Positions 1 through 10,221 of a stretch of DNA of 64,000 bases are shown in pieces. The position numbers were made by a program, and so were the translations under genes. This DNA comes from a virus (Duplodnaviria > Heunggongvirae > Uroviricota > Caudoviricetes). The notes beneath the pieces are model-generated. The model was not told the DNA's origin, did no database searches, and saw only the letters and a list, made by a program, of their open reading frames with translations. The stretch is from positions 288,001 through 352,000 of the IMG/VR virus record IMGVR_UViG_3300015615_000629. One strand, given 5' to 3'. How positions within the stretch are numbered: position 1 is the stretch's first letter; every line of letters begins with the position of its first letter.

Positions 1-55
1 ACCGACAATGTCAGCAACTTCTTGGAGAGTGTGCTTCTCCAGTAACTCAATCCAA

Positions 56-433
56 TCAGCCATTTTGCAAGTGCTCTAAAATCTTGCCGTAAACTATCAT
101 GTAAGGAATCGGCGTCAATTCGGGAATCCGTTTGATTTTCCTCCCTTTTACCAAAGGAGTAAACCCGTCCCCTCCAAATTGACACGATGTTAAATCAACT
201 TCTGAGCCATCTGGCAAACGATTCCAGTAATGGGGCTCACCATTAACTTTACCTTTAATTAATTCGCCACCTAATAATTTGTAGACTAAATAAGAAACAA
301 TTGCGCAATGTCCATCGAGTGGTGATAATCTTTTCTTTTGGTTGTACAATTCCGGATAGCAAGAATATTCTGCCGACGCTACTTCGAGGAAAACCTTTCG
401 TAGTTCTTTTAACAACTCAGTCATGTGCCACAC
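56..433 (-). CDS. YunG-like protein (possible transglutaminase-like fold)
   Basis: GHCAIVS...LLGGEL...HYWNRLPDG..VDLT..QF matches my recollection of the YunG family pattern. Confidence 0.6.
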   Translation of the reverse strand: MWHMTELLKELRKVFLEVASAEYSCYPELYNQKKRLSPLDGHCAIVSYLVYKLLGGELIKGKVNGEPHYWNRLPDGSEVDLTSCQFGGDGFTPLVKGRKIKRIPELTPIPYMIVYGKILEHLQNG

Positions 434-1013
434 ATATGGCTGCTAAAACAGCATAGATTACTGCGGATACTATAAACCAAAGAAAACTCCAAAAACTTTC
501 CAAAGTTAAGGAAATCAAGATATTAGACCAAGGTATGAAAAATCCCCACAAAATTGGCTTCATTTTATTCCTTTAATATATTCAACATATTCTTTGCCAA
601 ATACCTCTTCGACTACCGCCCATTCTTCGTTTTCTTCTTCGGGACTTTTCTCTACGGGCAGAAAACAGTCTTCTCCAAAAGCCTCTATCATCAGTTTTCT
701 AGCCTCTTCAATATGCTTGTCTGAATTAGGATGTTTTTCGTAATAATGGGTTTCTTGGTTATAAATCAATGCGTTATGGCCATGTCTTTTTAAATCTTTT
801 CCATATTTTGGATATACCTTCTCCAACCCTATTTCAACAGACAAATAATTTAAATCCGACATCAGCCCACAATCGCAACAAGAATAACCATAAACCTCTT
901 CTGCCTGATATATCATACAATAGGAAAAATGAGTTATAATGCCATTTTTGTTGGCTATAACCGGTCGGAAATATCTGTCTTTTATAATCTTTAACGTTTT
1001 AATGGTTCGTTCT

Positions 1014-1778
1014 TTATCCATTGTATTTCTCCACCAAGTCTTCAATATCGACTGGGTCTAAATGATATGCTTCACTTACTACTTCTTCAATCAAAACATC
1101 ATTTTTGTAAACGTTTAATCGGAAGGAAGTGAATAGATGTCTATCTTCTGGACGAAAGCAATCTACCTTGACTTTGAAGGCACCAAAGACAATCTCTGCT
1201 ATGTTAGTTCGGAACAGCCGATTGGTCAAGTAGCCTGTAACATCACATCCTGGTAATTCGATTGTGCATTCTTTTGGCTTCGGCCACGCATGATACGTTC
1301 TAGCAGAAAGCGTATCAACAGCGTGACAAATACCAGCCAATTCGTTCATTACCCGTTCTTTGCAATAGTCATTTCCTTCACCATGAACGTACTTCAAAGC
1401 GTTTAATTCTTCTTTGGTAAATTTGATTCCATACGCTTTCGGCAATCTTTCCAAAAACCAGTTTTCCTTGTCTATTACTTCGCCTGTTGAATATTTGAAT
1501 ATTTTTTCAATATCGTGAAAATATAATACAATTGCAGCCGAGTCATAAGTATGATCTAATTTTCCGCTTAATTCTATACAATTCATAATGTGGTCTAAAT
1601 AGCCACCCTCCCAGGCTTGATGTTTAGAGGCAGAGCCTTGAGCGATAGCCATTAAGTCTTCAAAATCTCTATGAAACTTTGTGATCCCGTTCTTTCTTTC
1701 TTCGTCAACCCTGTCTAACATCGCAGATAAAAGATCGTCAGACGTAATTTCACCGACATGCACTTTTAACGTATTCAT
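1014..1778 (-). CDS. HD-domain phosphohydrolase
   Basis: HQAWEGGYLDH, HDIEK, H..G and D(TLS) motifs of YhaM-like HD domains. Confidence 0.75.
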   Translation of the reverse strand: MNTLKVHVGEITSDDLLSAMLDRVDEERKNGITKFHRDFEDLMAIAQGSASKHQAWEGGYLDHIMNCIELSGKLDHTYDSAAIVLYFHDIEKIFKYSTGEVIDKENWFLERLPKAYGIKFTKEELNALKYVHGEGNDYCKERVMNELAGICHAVDTLSARTYHAWPKPKECTIELPGCDVTGYLTNRLFRTNIAEIVFGAFKVKVDCFRPEDRHLFTSFRLNVYKNDVLIEEVVSEAYHLDPVDIEDLVEKYNG

Positions 1779-2250
1779 TTAATTCATCCTCCGTTATTTT
1801 TGAATAGTACATTCGTGGATCAATGGCGGTGGTCGTACTTGTTCCGATAATGTTTTTGTTTAGATTTTCTAAAAACATACCCTTGAAGGTATCATTTATA
1901 AAAAAATCCGAAAAATTACTATCCCAAAATTTGTTTATAAGTGAATAGGCTGCTTTGAATGGGCTTTTACAGAATCCCAATCCTGCATTCCCTAAACAAA
2001 CATGTGCGGTGATTTCTAGTATATTTGGGAAGTACGGAATATAGCCGTATGGATCGATAATATAGAGAGCACACGGGGCAAAACCCAACTTGCTGCAAGA
2101 ATAATCTATAAGACACAAAAACGACAATTTAGGGACTGAGACAAAATAAGGTCTGCCATTATAAATAATGGTTCTTTTTTGCGTCGGCAATTCAAAAGAA
2201 AATAGTATATAGTTATAAGCCATTTTATGTTGATAAATGCTAACTTCCAT
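1750..2250 (-). CDS. Prok-E2_D-like paralog 1
   Basis: P..KRTII..PYFVSVP..F; FPNI...HVCLG; FWDSNF. Confidence 0.6.
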   Translation of the reverse strand: MEVSIYQHKMAYNYILFSFELPTQKRTIIYNGRPYFVSVPKLSFLCLIDYSCSKLGFAPCALYIIDPYGYIPYFPNILEITAHVCLGNAGLGFCKSPFKAAYSLINKFWDSNFSDFFINDTFKGMFLENLNKNIIGTSTTTAIDPRMYYSKITEDELNEYVKSACR

Positions 2251-2757
2251 ATTTTTCCCTTACTTCTTGAATGGCCTTTTCGACATCAGGGATTTCTGAG
2301 AATTCTTCACTATAAAATTCTCTTGCTGCCTCAAACATAGTTTCTAGAGAAATTTCTAACGAACTCAATACATCCGTCCAGAACATTTTCTTTAATTTGT
2401 CGCTGGTGCAAGGACCATCTCCACCTACCGTTATGGGTTTAGAACAATTTGGACATTTGGCGTGTCTAGTATGTTTTTTACAATGGATACAAAAGACTTC
2501 GTGTGGTTCGGTTAGTCTGTCCGTGACAATGATTAAAGCGTCTTGTGACGTTTTTCCTTTGGGGAAAGTTTTACCCTCTAAGGCTTCTCTTTCGTCCCAA
2601 TTATCAAACCAATGTTCTCCGAAATCCTGGTCTCTATTGAATAATCTGCCAATCCAGACAACGGGGCTCCACTCCGTCAATCCAAGGACATTGCTTATCT
2701 CTGTAAATTGATCGGTACAAAAGAAACAGTCTAGTTCCTGATTGTAATCAAAGACTT

Positions 2758-3258
2758 TCATATGCCTTCTCCAATCATGGGATTGTTGCTGGTCGATATT
2801 ATAGGTTCTTTAATCCAATGTTCACCATAATAAACTGGAAGGTTCGACACTTCTATCTTTCCTAATCTTAATCCTCTTATGAATTCTTCCTTTTCGAAAG
2901 GACCACCTCTAAAGTGATCGATAAACCTAGAAGTCCAAAATTTCTCCATTACCATTTCACACAACCCCTCTAGAGTTGGTGACGACAATACAAGAGGCAC
3001 TGTCGGTTGTTGTAAACAAACTTTACCTGTTCTGGTAGTGTGTGGCATTATTAACATGCGCTTACCAGATGCAGAAATGTATAAGCCGATAAATTCAAAT
3101 TGCAACTGAAAATGGATAGCAAATTCCAAAGCCGGATAATTTATAAAATATGGGACACCCAAGTAAATTATAGTCCTTCTCCCGGCAGGAACATTAACTT
3201 TTGCTAGTTTTGTAGAGGTGTGTTTTGAATAATATGTCTCTATTTTGGCGTTTCGCAT
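2758..3258 (-). CDS. Prok-E2_D-like paralog 2
   Basis: PAGRRTII; YFINYP; MPH...GKVCL; FWTSRF. Confidence 0.6.
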   Translation of the reverse strand: MRNAKIETYYSKHTSTKLAKVNVPAGRRTIIYLGVPYFINYPALEFAIHFQLQFEFIGLYISASGKRMLIMPHTTRTGKVCLQQPTVPLVLSSPTLEGLCEMVMEKFWTSRFIDHFRGGPFEKEEFIRGLRLGKIEVSNLPVYYGEHWIKEPIISTSNNPMIGEGI

Positions 3259-3489
3259 GCTTCCCTCATTAACCTGTCTAGCATCCCATGCTCAGCCAAC
3301 ACTCGACACCCATCGCAATACCTTGCAGGACTAAATATGTAATTTTCAGGCAAAGTCTCTGTCGGTATTCCACAACCTTTGCAATAAAAATACATAGGAG
3401 AGCCAGCAATTAACTTTGCATTGTCAATTTGCTTCTCTCTGGGATTTTCCTTAAACCTTCTGTGGAATTCCTGTTCGGCTACTTCAAAA

Positions 3490-4347
3490 TTAATCACGAT
3501 TCTTATCCAATGCCTTCTTAAGTTTTTGAGCTAAATTTGCCAATTCGATAAATTCTTTGTTTGTCTTGTTTTTCTCTAAGAAATCTTTCACTTCATCAGA
3601 ATAAGGCCCATGTCTGTTAATTAGAATTGCTAAATCACCCAACAACTTGTCGTTGTTCGGCCCGGCTGGGCCTGAGACTCTAATATTCGTCTCTATTTTG
3701 ATATCATGAGCAATTTCTATTGGAAAATCCAATCGATATTCTAGAAACAGTTTTGCTCTTTCAACAAGATCGCTAATTCCAGATCGGATAACTTCACCAG
3801 TAGTCATCTCATCTGAGTTGTCCGCTGCCATTAAATAACATATTTTTCCTGTGTTGTAACACTCTACAAAGAGTTTTCTATTCCCTAGTCTTACCGAAAT
3901 CGCTACGCCGCCCATTACCGTTGGAACAACACGGGTTGGATAAAAGTCTTCGTTTCGGTATACCGACAATACGGTCAGAGCATTTACGCATGATTCCGAG
4001 CTAGGTGGGTCTGCATTCTCACACCAACCCTTTTTTAATTCGGGAAATTCATCGGTAATTTTAAGGATATATTTATCCCAATCTCTGGGACAATCTATAC
4101 TCTGCCCCTCTGCAAACGCCAAATAATAGTACCAAGACGCAGGCTGGATTAAATTTCTAAAAACATCTACCTTGTCTCGCTCTCTATTGATATTGTTTCC
4201 AGCTACGGCAGCCAAACGATTGAGAGCCGATTGTGGTCTGTCCCCTTCTCCTATTACATTGAATTCTAGACAATGAGCAATCCAATGCTCTACATCAATA
4301 GCGTCAGACGGTTGGTAAACCACAATGTTTAGCGGCAGTCGAAGCAT
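3490..4347 (-). CDS. HicB-like N-terminal domain fused to an unknown domain
   Basis: WIAHCLEFNVIGEGDRPQSAL resembles the HicB antitoxin fold; middle region GW...PP...P.VVPT..GGV. Confidence 0.5.
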   Translation of the reverse strand: MLRLPLNIVVYQPSDAIDVEHWIAHCLEFNVIGEGDRPQSALNRLAAVAGNNINRERDKVDVFRNLIQPASWYYYLAFAEGQSIDCPRDWDKYILKITDEFPELKKGWCENADPPSSESCVNALTVLSVYRNEDFYPTRVVPTVMGGVAISVRLGNRKLFVECYNTGKICYLMAADNSDEMTTGEVIRSGISDLVERAKLFLEYRLDFPIEIAHDIKIETNIRVSGPAGPNNDKLLGDLAILINRHGPYSDEVKDFLEKNKTNKEFIELANLAQKLKKALDKNRD

Positions 4348-5510
4348 CTTAACTCCTAGACTTGTACTTCCAATTGAAACGGTGAGAATATACGCCTGTA
4401 GCTACACTTAGAATCTTGATATAGTGATTGAATTTCCTCTTTGGCTTTTTCTCCCGATTCGGCCTGTACAATAAATCTTTTTTCTACTGTATCGACTTGG
4501 TTTCTCAATTCAATCTGTGCAACTATCAAATACATGTTCATTTGGAAATCTCTTTTTCCACATCAAATGTTCTAGTTAAATAACCTGGGCAACAATGCAT
4601 TATACCCCTGCCCTGGAAGTCTACATCACAAGCAAAACGGTCTTTTTTGCCGTCAAATTCTGGTATCCGGACGACTACTCCATAAAGACCATGCCATTTT
4701 ACTCTATCGCCAACTTCTAGATAGACCTTCTGGCCGGATTGCTCGTCAGTTGCTCCAAGCATTCGCAATTCATCTTGAATATGTCTTTCTCGGTGAATAT
4801 CCCAAAGAAAACGGAACATCCCCATTCCAAGAGCAATAACGAAAACGAAAAACAAAAAACCAGACAAAGAGAATTTCATTGGACGTTTGCCAACCTGTAG
4901 GTTTCATAATCTACTTTAAGGTATTCCCAAGCCGATTCTCCGTCGTTATCTTCTGCTGCCCGACGGTATATTTCGTAATTTTCCATTTCATTTTCATAAC
5001 ATCGACGCTGACGCTTCCAAGTAGTAAATCTAGATTTGGCCTCTTCTCTAAGACTTTCAGGAAGCAATTCTATATCTGATTCAGAAAAATCTGGCTTCTC
5101 CGGTGCTTCGGGCTTGTCTGGAACTTCATGTTCTCCTAAAGATTTCACTATTTCTAGCGAAACTTTATGTAATTGCTCATCCGAACTTACATCGTAGTAA
5201 GTGGGCTCAATACTACGGTCGTGTTCCTCGACTATCAGGATGCGTTTCATTTTATTCCCAATGGATTAAATCTAATACAAAGAATAAAAATATTACTGCA
5301 AGTGGCAGTCCCAAAGCAACCACTGCCCCCAAAACAGAATAAATCACTCCGACAAATGGGTTTTCGTGCCCAAGTCCAGCCCCTAATATGTTCGCTCCAG
5401 AAAAGAATAGTATTAAAGATGTCAATATCGCAATTGTCGAAAAGAAGTATTCCTTAATTGGATTGGGTACTTCCTTTTGTGGTTCTTCTTGCGGCCAAGT
5501 TATTCGAAGT

Positions 5511-6023
5511 CTATTCATTTTTAACCAAATTATCTGTTTCCTTTATAATTTTTCGCAAATCTTCTATGGATATTTCTGAAAAAACAGAAGACACCTTTTT
5601 AGGGCATAAATACTCTTTAAATTTCTTTCCTTTGTTTTTTGGTATTAAATATGGCCCCTGACTTCCGCTCTCGTAGGGAGAGGCCCAAAGCTGCTCAATC
5701 GCCCTTTCAATTGCTTCCTTTACATCTGCCCTTATCGTTATATGATCGAAAGATATACAAACACTACCATCGTTGTCTGTGTGCCCAATACTTATGCTTG
5801 GTAAGTAAAATTCGCCATCTTCTTCAAGTAAGAATTGTAACGGATAACTACCAGATACGTAAAATACCCCTTTACTGGCTTTTACAGGAAAGATAAATAC
5901 GTGCTTGGGGATTTCTATAAAGTAACTTCTAGAACCGACTCTAGAATCGAATCTTACCGTCCTTTTACAAGGCGGACATTCCACCATGATGAGCGTTTTG
6001 GTTTTGTTTATTTTGAATTTCAT
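5511..6023 (-). CDS. Prok-E2_D-like paralog 3 (KINK subfamily)
   Basis: PPCKRTV; YFIEIPKHVF; DGSVCI; LWASPY. Confidence 0.55.
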   Translation of the reverse strand: MKFKINKTKTLIMVECPPCKRTVRFDSRVGSRSYFIEIPKHVFIFPVKASKGVFYVSGSYPLQFLLEEDGEFYLPSISIGHTDNDGSVCISFDHITIRADVKEAIERAIEQLWASPYESGSQGPYLIPKNKGKKFKEYLCPKKVSSVFSEISIEDLRKIIKETDNLVKNE

Positions 6024-6024
6024 T

Positions 6025-6468
6025 TCAATGGTCTACGAAGATTCTGCCATCCTCTTCCCAAATAGCAATCTTTTCGTTACTCACTTCTATCTTACCAGTA
6101 AGTAGGCTGGTTGTGAAATTGCGGTCGGTTGTGGGGCTATGGTTGAAGTGATCTAGATTGTCAGACTGGAAAAAATAGTCTATAACCCGTTTGTTAAGTA
6201 GTTCTAAATCAGGATCGTAAAAACTAATCGAATTATTCCACGCCAAACAAATATGTCCATCCTCTTCGATGTGTGGGAATCTCAAAAGATAGTCGTACTC
6301 ATTACAAACATTTAACCCAGCAAAGTGATACTTTTTATACTGTGAGTAAAACACTATGGTTTTAATTGTGGGGAATTCCACGTAGTAAGGCGTCCCCCAA
6401 TAGAGGATCGTCCTGTGGTGGCGGGGAATAATAGAGATTATCGCATTTTTGAAAATCTGGATTTTCAT
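6025..6468 (-). CDS. Prok-E2_D-like paralog 4
   Basis: PRHHRTIL; YYVEFP; FPHIEEDGHICL; FFQS. Confidence 0.6.
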   Translation of the reverse strand: MKIQIFKNAIISIIPRHHRTILYWGTPYYVEFPTIKTIVFYSQYKKYHFAGLNVCNEYDYLLRFPHIEEDGHICLAWNNSISFYDPDLELLNKRVIDYFFQSDNLDHFNHSPTTDRNFTTSLLTGKIEVSNEKIAIWEEDGRIFVDH

Positions 6469-6499
6469 GCTACGTCTTAGAAAGATGCCAAGGCATCCT

Positions 6500-6527
6500 A
6501 TTGTAGCACAGATCGGCAGAATGCCAA
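6500..6527 (-). promoter_or_regulatory. sigma70-type early promoter
   Basis: TTGGCA-N16-TACAAT with TGTGC extended -10; one of 11 similar sites. Confidence 0.6.
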
Positions 6528-6531
6528 GAAA

Positions 6532-7035
6532 CTAAGGAAACACCCTAGCCGTGCAAGTTTCTTCCTTTGGGAAATAAACAGGTGTTTCGTCTAACAGGGG
6601 AATCTCTCCATCATCTAATACTTTGGCCAAGTATTGTGCATATTGCCCTTCTGGGCCTCCACTGAAGTTATGAATATAATTTAACTTAAATCTAGATTCC
6701 CAAAATCTTTTTATTTGATCTGTAAAATCACGCCCAGGCGAACAAACAGAAAAGGCATAGTTATAGTCTGTTCCCGTAACATCTCCCCGAACATGCAACA
6801 ACCCAGGATGATAGACTTTCATTCCTGGTTTAAACTCTTCTTTGGTTAAACCAAGCCCAAATAAACCATACCAAGTTGGCGTAATATAAGTAAAAAAGAC
6901 ATGCCAAGGTATCCGAATAGGATAACTTCCAGAATATAACTTTTTGTTAATTTCTATTTGGCCGTCAAAAATCAAGGTTCTAACTTGCGGCCGAAAAGTT
7001 ATGTATCTGAAATTATTTTCAGTTTTGATGTGCAT
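6532..7035 (-). CDS. Prok-E2_D-like paralog 5
   Basis: PQVRTLI; IRIPWHVF; HPGLLHV; FSVCS; FWESRF. Confidence 0.5.
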   Translation of the reverse strand: MHIKTENNFRYITFRPQVRTLIFDGQIEINKKLYSGSYPIRIPWHVFFTYITPTWYGLFGLGLTKEEFKPGMKVYHPGLLHVRGDVTGTDYNYAFSVCSPGRDFTDQIKRFWESRFKLNYIHNFSGGPEGQYAQYLAKVLDDGEIPLLDETPVYFPKEETCTARVFP

Positions 7036-7053
7036 GGTTTACTCTATTAATGG

Positions 7054-7695
7054 ATGGCACCAACTACATATAAATTTGAATGTTGCAACTGCGGTAAAAA
7101 ATGTGAGAGAGAACTTCGTTCACATCCTAAATATAAGGGTGATCTATGGAAAGGTAGGCTTTTTTGTTCTTTGCAATGTTTGGGAAATTTTAACAACAAA
7201 ACCACAATAGAACCATGTGGGAATTGTGGAAAATTAGTTGAAAAAATACCAAAAGAAATAAAAGATTCTAAATCAGGAAAAGTGTTTTGTAGTAGGTCAT
7301 GCTCAGCGTCCTTTAATAATAAATTTAAACGTAAGACAAATCGTTCCAAGTGCGAGAAACTTTTATTTAATCTAATCTCTGAAAAGTTCCCAGACTTAGA
7401 AATATTGTCTAACGATAAAACAATGTTAAATGGCTTGGAAGCGGATATTGCTATTCCATCTTTAAGACTCGCAATAGAGTGGAATGGGCCGGTTCATTTC
7501 AAACCAATATATGGTGAAGAAAAATTACGTAGGATTCAGGAGATTGATAGAAACAAATTAGAAATAGCCTCTAGAAATGACATTAATTTGATTGTCATTC
7601 CAGACTATGTTTCCAAAAAATCTTTCGTGTTAGAAGTTTTCGAAAAAATAAAGAAAATTATCAACGACTTACGTAGCGGAACCGGCACGGTATGA
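7054..7695 (+). CDS. Putative homing endonuclease: Cys-rich Zn repeats plus Vsr/DUF559-like PD-(D/E)xK nuclease
   Basis: CxxC...FCSxxC repeats; LEADIAIPSLRLAIEWNG..H; antisense to and overlapping tRNA-Ser(CGA); paralog at 48977. Confidence 0.7.
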   Translation: MAPTTYKFECCNCGKKCERELRSHPKYKGDLWKGRLFCSLQCLGNFNNKTTIEPCGNCGKLVEKIPKEIKDSKSGKVFCSRSCSASFNNKFKRKTNRSKCEKLLFNLISEKFPDLEILSNDKTMLNGLEADIAIPSLRLAIEWNGPVHFKPIYGEEKLRRIQEIDRNKLEIASRNDINLIVIPDYVSKKSFVLEVFEKIKKIINDLRSGTGTV

Positions 7696-7759
7696 TCGTG
7701 CAACCCTTTCGGGCATCTGTTTTCGAGGCAGACTGCTATTCCAATTTCGCTTCGGTTCC
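7677..7759 (-). tRNA. tRNA-Ser(CGA)
   Basis: GGAACCG/CGGTTCC acceptor; loop CTCGAAA; long variable arm; atypical T-loop ATCATAC. Confidence 0.8.
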
Positions 7760-7765
7760 TTAGAG

Positions 7766-7847
7766 CGGATGCGGCGTGTGCCGACCACGCAACCCTTTCG
7801 GGCAGCCGGGTTCAAACCGGTGTCCTCGCCAACTTCGGATCGCATCC
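7766..7847 (-). tRNA. tRNA-Ser(TGA)
   Basis: GGATGCG/CGCATCC acceptor; loop TTTGAAC; long variable arm; atypical T-loop GTCGGCA. Confidence 0.8.
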
Positions 7848-7855
7848 ATTTACAG

Positions 7856-7940
7856 CGGAAGGTGTGGAAGTCGAATCCACAAGGGTTTTATCCTCGACTC
7901 TTTAGCAAAGAGTTCCCGTCGCCAATCGGGTTGACCTTCC
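7856..7940 (-). tRNA. tRNA-Ser(GCT)
   Basis: ACTCT-TTGCTAA-AGAGT anticodon arm; long variable arm; TTCGACT T-loop. Confidence 0.9.
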
Positions 7941-7950
7941 AAATTAAACG

Positions 7951-7975
7951 TAAGTCCTTACCATATAAGGACTTA
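7951..7975. repeat. Perfect 10-bp inverted repeat between Ser tRNAs
   Basis: TAAGTCCTTA-ccata-TAAGGACTTA. Confidence 0.7.
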
Positions 7976-7979
7976 AGAG

Positions 7980-8059
7980 CGGATACGGAGCGATTCGAAC
8001 GCTCAACCCTTTCGGGCGACCGCTTTCCAAGCGGTTTCCTCACCATTCGGATCGTATCC
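7980..8059 (-). tRNA. tRNA-Ser(GGA)
   Basis: ACCGC-TTGGAAA-GCGGT; long variable arm; TTCGAAT. Confidence 0.9.
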
Positions 8060-8071
8060 AGTTTGTTTCAC

Positions 8072-8662
8072 TCAAAATATAAAATTCTCAATTTCCAACA
8101 CGTAACAATCTTCTAATTCTGGTTTCTCCTTTTTGCACAGCAACATCTTATTTGTAAGTTTTTCATCGACAAATAATTTCCATCTTCCATGTATAATGCC
8201 ACTTTCTCGAATCTCTACCTCTGAACTATCAATCCATTCAAAGCCGGAGGTTGCCGTCTGGAATACCGCCGCAACCTCCGGACCAACAACAATCCAACCG
8301 TGGCCATATCCTAACTTGTAGACAACTTGCAAAAATAATGCTTCATATTTTTCCATAATAGTGTCGCCAAGAGCCTCATTAAAATTCCATCTCGAATATG
8401 CAAAAGTTTGCCAATCTCTAGGCCATGTGGGTCTATTACTGTAGGCTTCTTCACACCCATCAATTAAAGTTTGCACTTCTTCGTGAGTTTTGATAAAGTC
8501 CCGCCCCATCCAAAACTTATATCCTTCGCAATCCTTGTATGGAGTGAGATCCCATTCTACAGTCCATTCCGCTTTCAATTTATATTTTGGTTTTTCTTTC
8601 TGGAAGAAAGAACCAATAAACGGCAGTCCTGCCAAAGCCAAACTAAAGTCTCGTCTGTTCAT
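8072..8662 (-). CDS. Truncated T4-gp23-like capsid-domain protein with Tat-like N-terminus
   Basis: MNRRDFSLALAGL; KLKAEWT; GHGWIVVGPEVAAVFQTATSGF; G.I.GRWKLFVD resemble the gp23 C-terminal half. Confidence 0.5.
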   Translation of the reverse strand: MNRRDFSLALAGLPFIGSFFQKEKPKYKLKAEWTVEWDLTPYKDCEGYKFWMGRDFIKTHEEVQTLIDGCEEAYSNRPTWPRDWQTFAYSRWNFNEALGDTIMEKYEALFLQVVYKLGYGHGWIVVGPEVAAVFQTATSGFEWIDSSEVEIRESGIIHGRWKLFVDEKLTNKMLLCKKEKPELEDCYVLEIENFIF

Positions 8663-8663
8663 A

Positions 8664-9146
8664 TTAACCTTTCGGTAATTCGGTTGGTGAAACCTTTTGA
8701 TTTGTCAACTTCCCTTGAGCTATGTCAAATAACCATTGAGCCCATACTGCCCTTGGAATAATTCGTCCGCCTATCTCTTCTGTTGTGATCGGTAAGCCAT
8801 GTGCAATAGGAGATAAATGCCCATCAAACATCGACCACCAAAAGTGCGATATACTTTCATCAAATTTCTTAATTATGTTTTTTGAAGTATATTTAATGTC
8901 TCCCAAACAAACAAAACCCTCATTTACGTTAGGGAGATCAGGAAACTCAAAACTATCTTCGGTTTCAAACCAAACCGCTAAACTGACTGGTAAACCATCC
9001 GTGGGCACCCATAAAAAGAAATGTATCTTGGGGAAATCTATATAATATGAGCGATTCCAAACGTTTAGTAAAGTCCTCTTCCCTGCTGGTTGTGTTCTGT
9101 GATAAATATAAGTGTATTCACTAATTTTGTAACAATCTGTAGTCAT
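8664..9146 (-). CDS. Prok-E2_D-like paralog 6
   Basis: PAGKRTLL; YYIDFP; LPNVNEGFVCLG; FWWSMF. Confidence 0.65.
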   Translation of the reverse strand: MTTDCYKISEYTYIYHRTQPAGKRTLLNVWNRSYYIDFPKIHFFLWVPTDGLPVSLAVWFETEDSFEFPDLPNVNEGFVCLGDIKYTSKNIIKKFDESISHFWWSMFDGHLSPIAHGLPITTEEIGGRIIPRAVWAQWLFDIAQGKLTNQKVSPTELPKG

Positions 9147-9150
9147 TTAA

Positions 9151-9714
9151 TCACAAATTGGCTAAAGATTTTAAACTCTTATACGTTTCTTGTTCGTCTT
9201 CCGAAACCTCAGCCACCTTGTATACACATATCTTACCTTTTCTTAAATCATTATAAAACTTGGTTCTTTCTATCTCTGTCTCTTCAGCACGAGCGTATAC
9301 ATCGCCTGTTCCATTAAAAAGAGCAAAGTTGTTTGTGAAACCCAATTCCCAAAATTGGTCAATTACCTTTTTACACAAGACAACAGGATCACTCTCTTCT
9401 ATCTTAATATCATATCCTAAACAAACGTACCCATTGTTGTCGTAAGCACAATTAGGTAATCTTAAACAATTTCCATACTTCGTCCGTACTATTAAAGCAT
9501 CGTCGCTTTTCTCATCTGATAAATCAAACACATATGTTTCAAGTTTTCGAAAATATACTTCAAAATTGAAACTTGGGAACGAGACACAATAAGGTCTGCT
9601 GGCTCCAAAAAATAGTTGGTCTTTAAAATAAACAGTCCTCTTGCAAGCAGGATTCTTTACCATGCCAAAATAACGACAATTATCACTTTTATTTTGGTAA
9701 AAATTGACTTTCAC
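9151..9714 (-). CDS. Prok-E2_D-like paralog 7 (likely GTG start at 9714; ORF track starts at 9789)
   Basis: PACKRTVY; YCVSFP; LPNC..NNGYVCLG; FWELGF. Confidence 0.6.
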   Translation of the reverse strand: MKVNFYQNKSDNCRYFGMVKNPACKRTVYFKDQLFFGASRPYCVSFPSFNFEVYFRKLETYVFDLSDEKSDDALIVRTKYGNCLRLPNCAYDNNGYVCLGYDIKIEESDPVVLCKKVIDQFWELGFTNNFALFNGTGDVYARAEETEIERTKFYNDLRKGKICVYKVAEVSEDEQETYKSLKSLANL

Positions 9715-10221
9715 AATCCTAACCTGTAAAGGCCGCTTCTTCTGACATTTCCAACGCCTTTTCCAACCCACTCCCCATAAAACTGCCAAATATTGTATTC
9801 CTGTATATCTTCCGTTCTTAATTCCTTTAACTTTTTCCTTATCTCGTCGGATTGCAATAGAATCACCTGCCCAGGAGCAGGCCGATACCTATCGTAAACT
9901 CTCTTTCTCTCCGCATAGTCAATTCTATCCCCAAACAGAAGCCGACAATGAAGAGCCGAATTAATCAATTCAGCAACTATATGTTGCGGACTTCTGTTTG
10001 CAAGCGTATCTGGAACCAAATAACATTGCGAAATCATGTTTTTCTTTCCGGCACTATCGCCTTCGATATTCTCCACAAACACAGTAAAACTAAAAAGAAA
10101 TAACCAAACCAACCTGGAGCGTTTTCTGCTTTCCATTCCCACTCAAATATGAATGGAATAAAAATCATCAAAGCCATTAGGGCTAATGTTGCGGTTCCAA
10201 CCAAAACAGCAGAAAAGATTT

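Noticed and set aside
4538-4879. Firm host assignment to Planctomycetota (MKFSL-type N-terminus, style of TyrRS and HicB-like genes)
   Set aside because: Impressionistic only. It needs TyrRS phylogeny or CRISPR spacer matches.
7769-8116. Plus-strand ORFs over tRNA clusters (also 47242, 51195, 53882, 54063, 54348) and minus-strand ORF 53854-54129
   Set aside because: They are shadow frames across tRNA genes or the attenuator. The RNA genes and leader peptide explain the sequence better.
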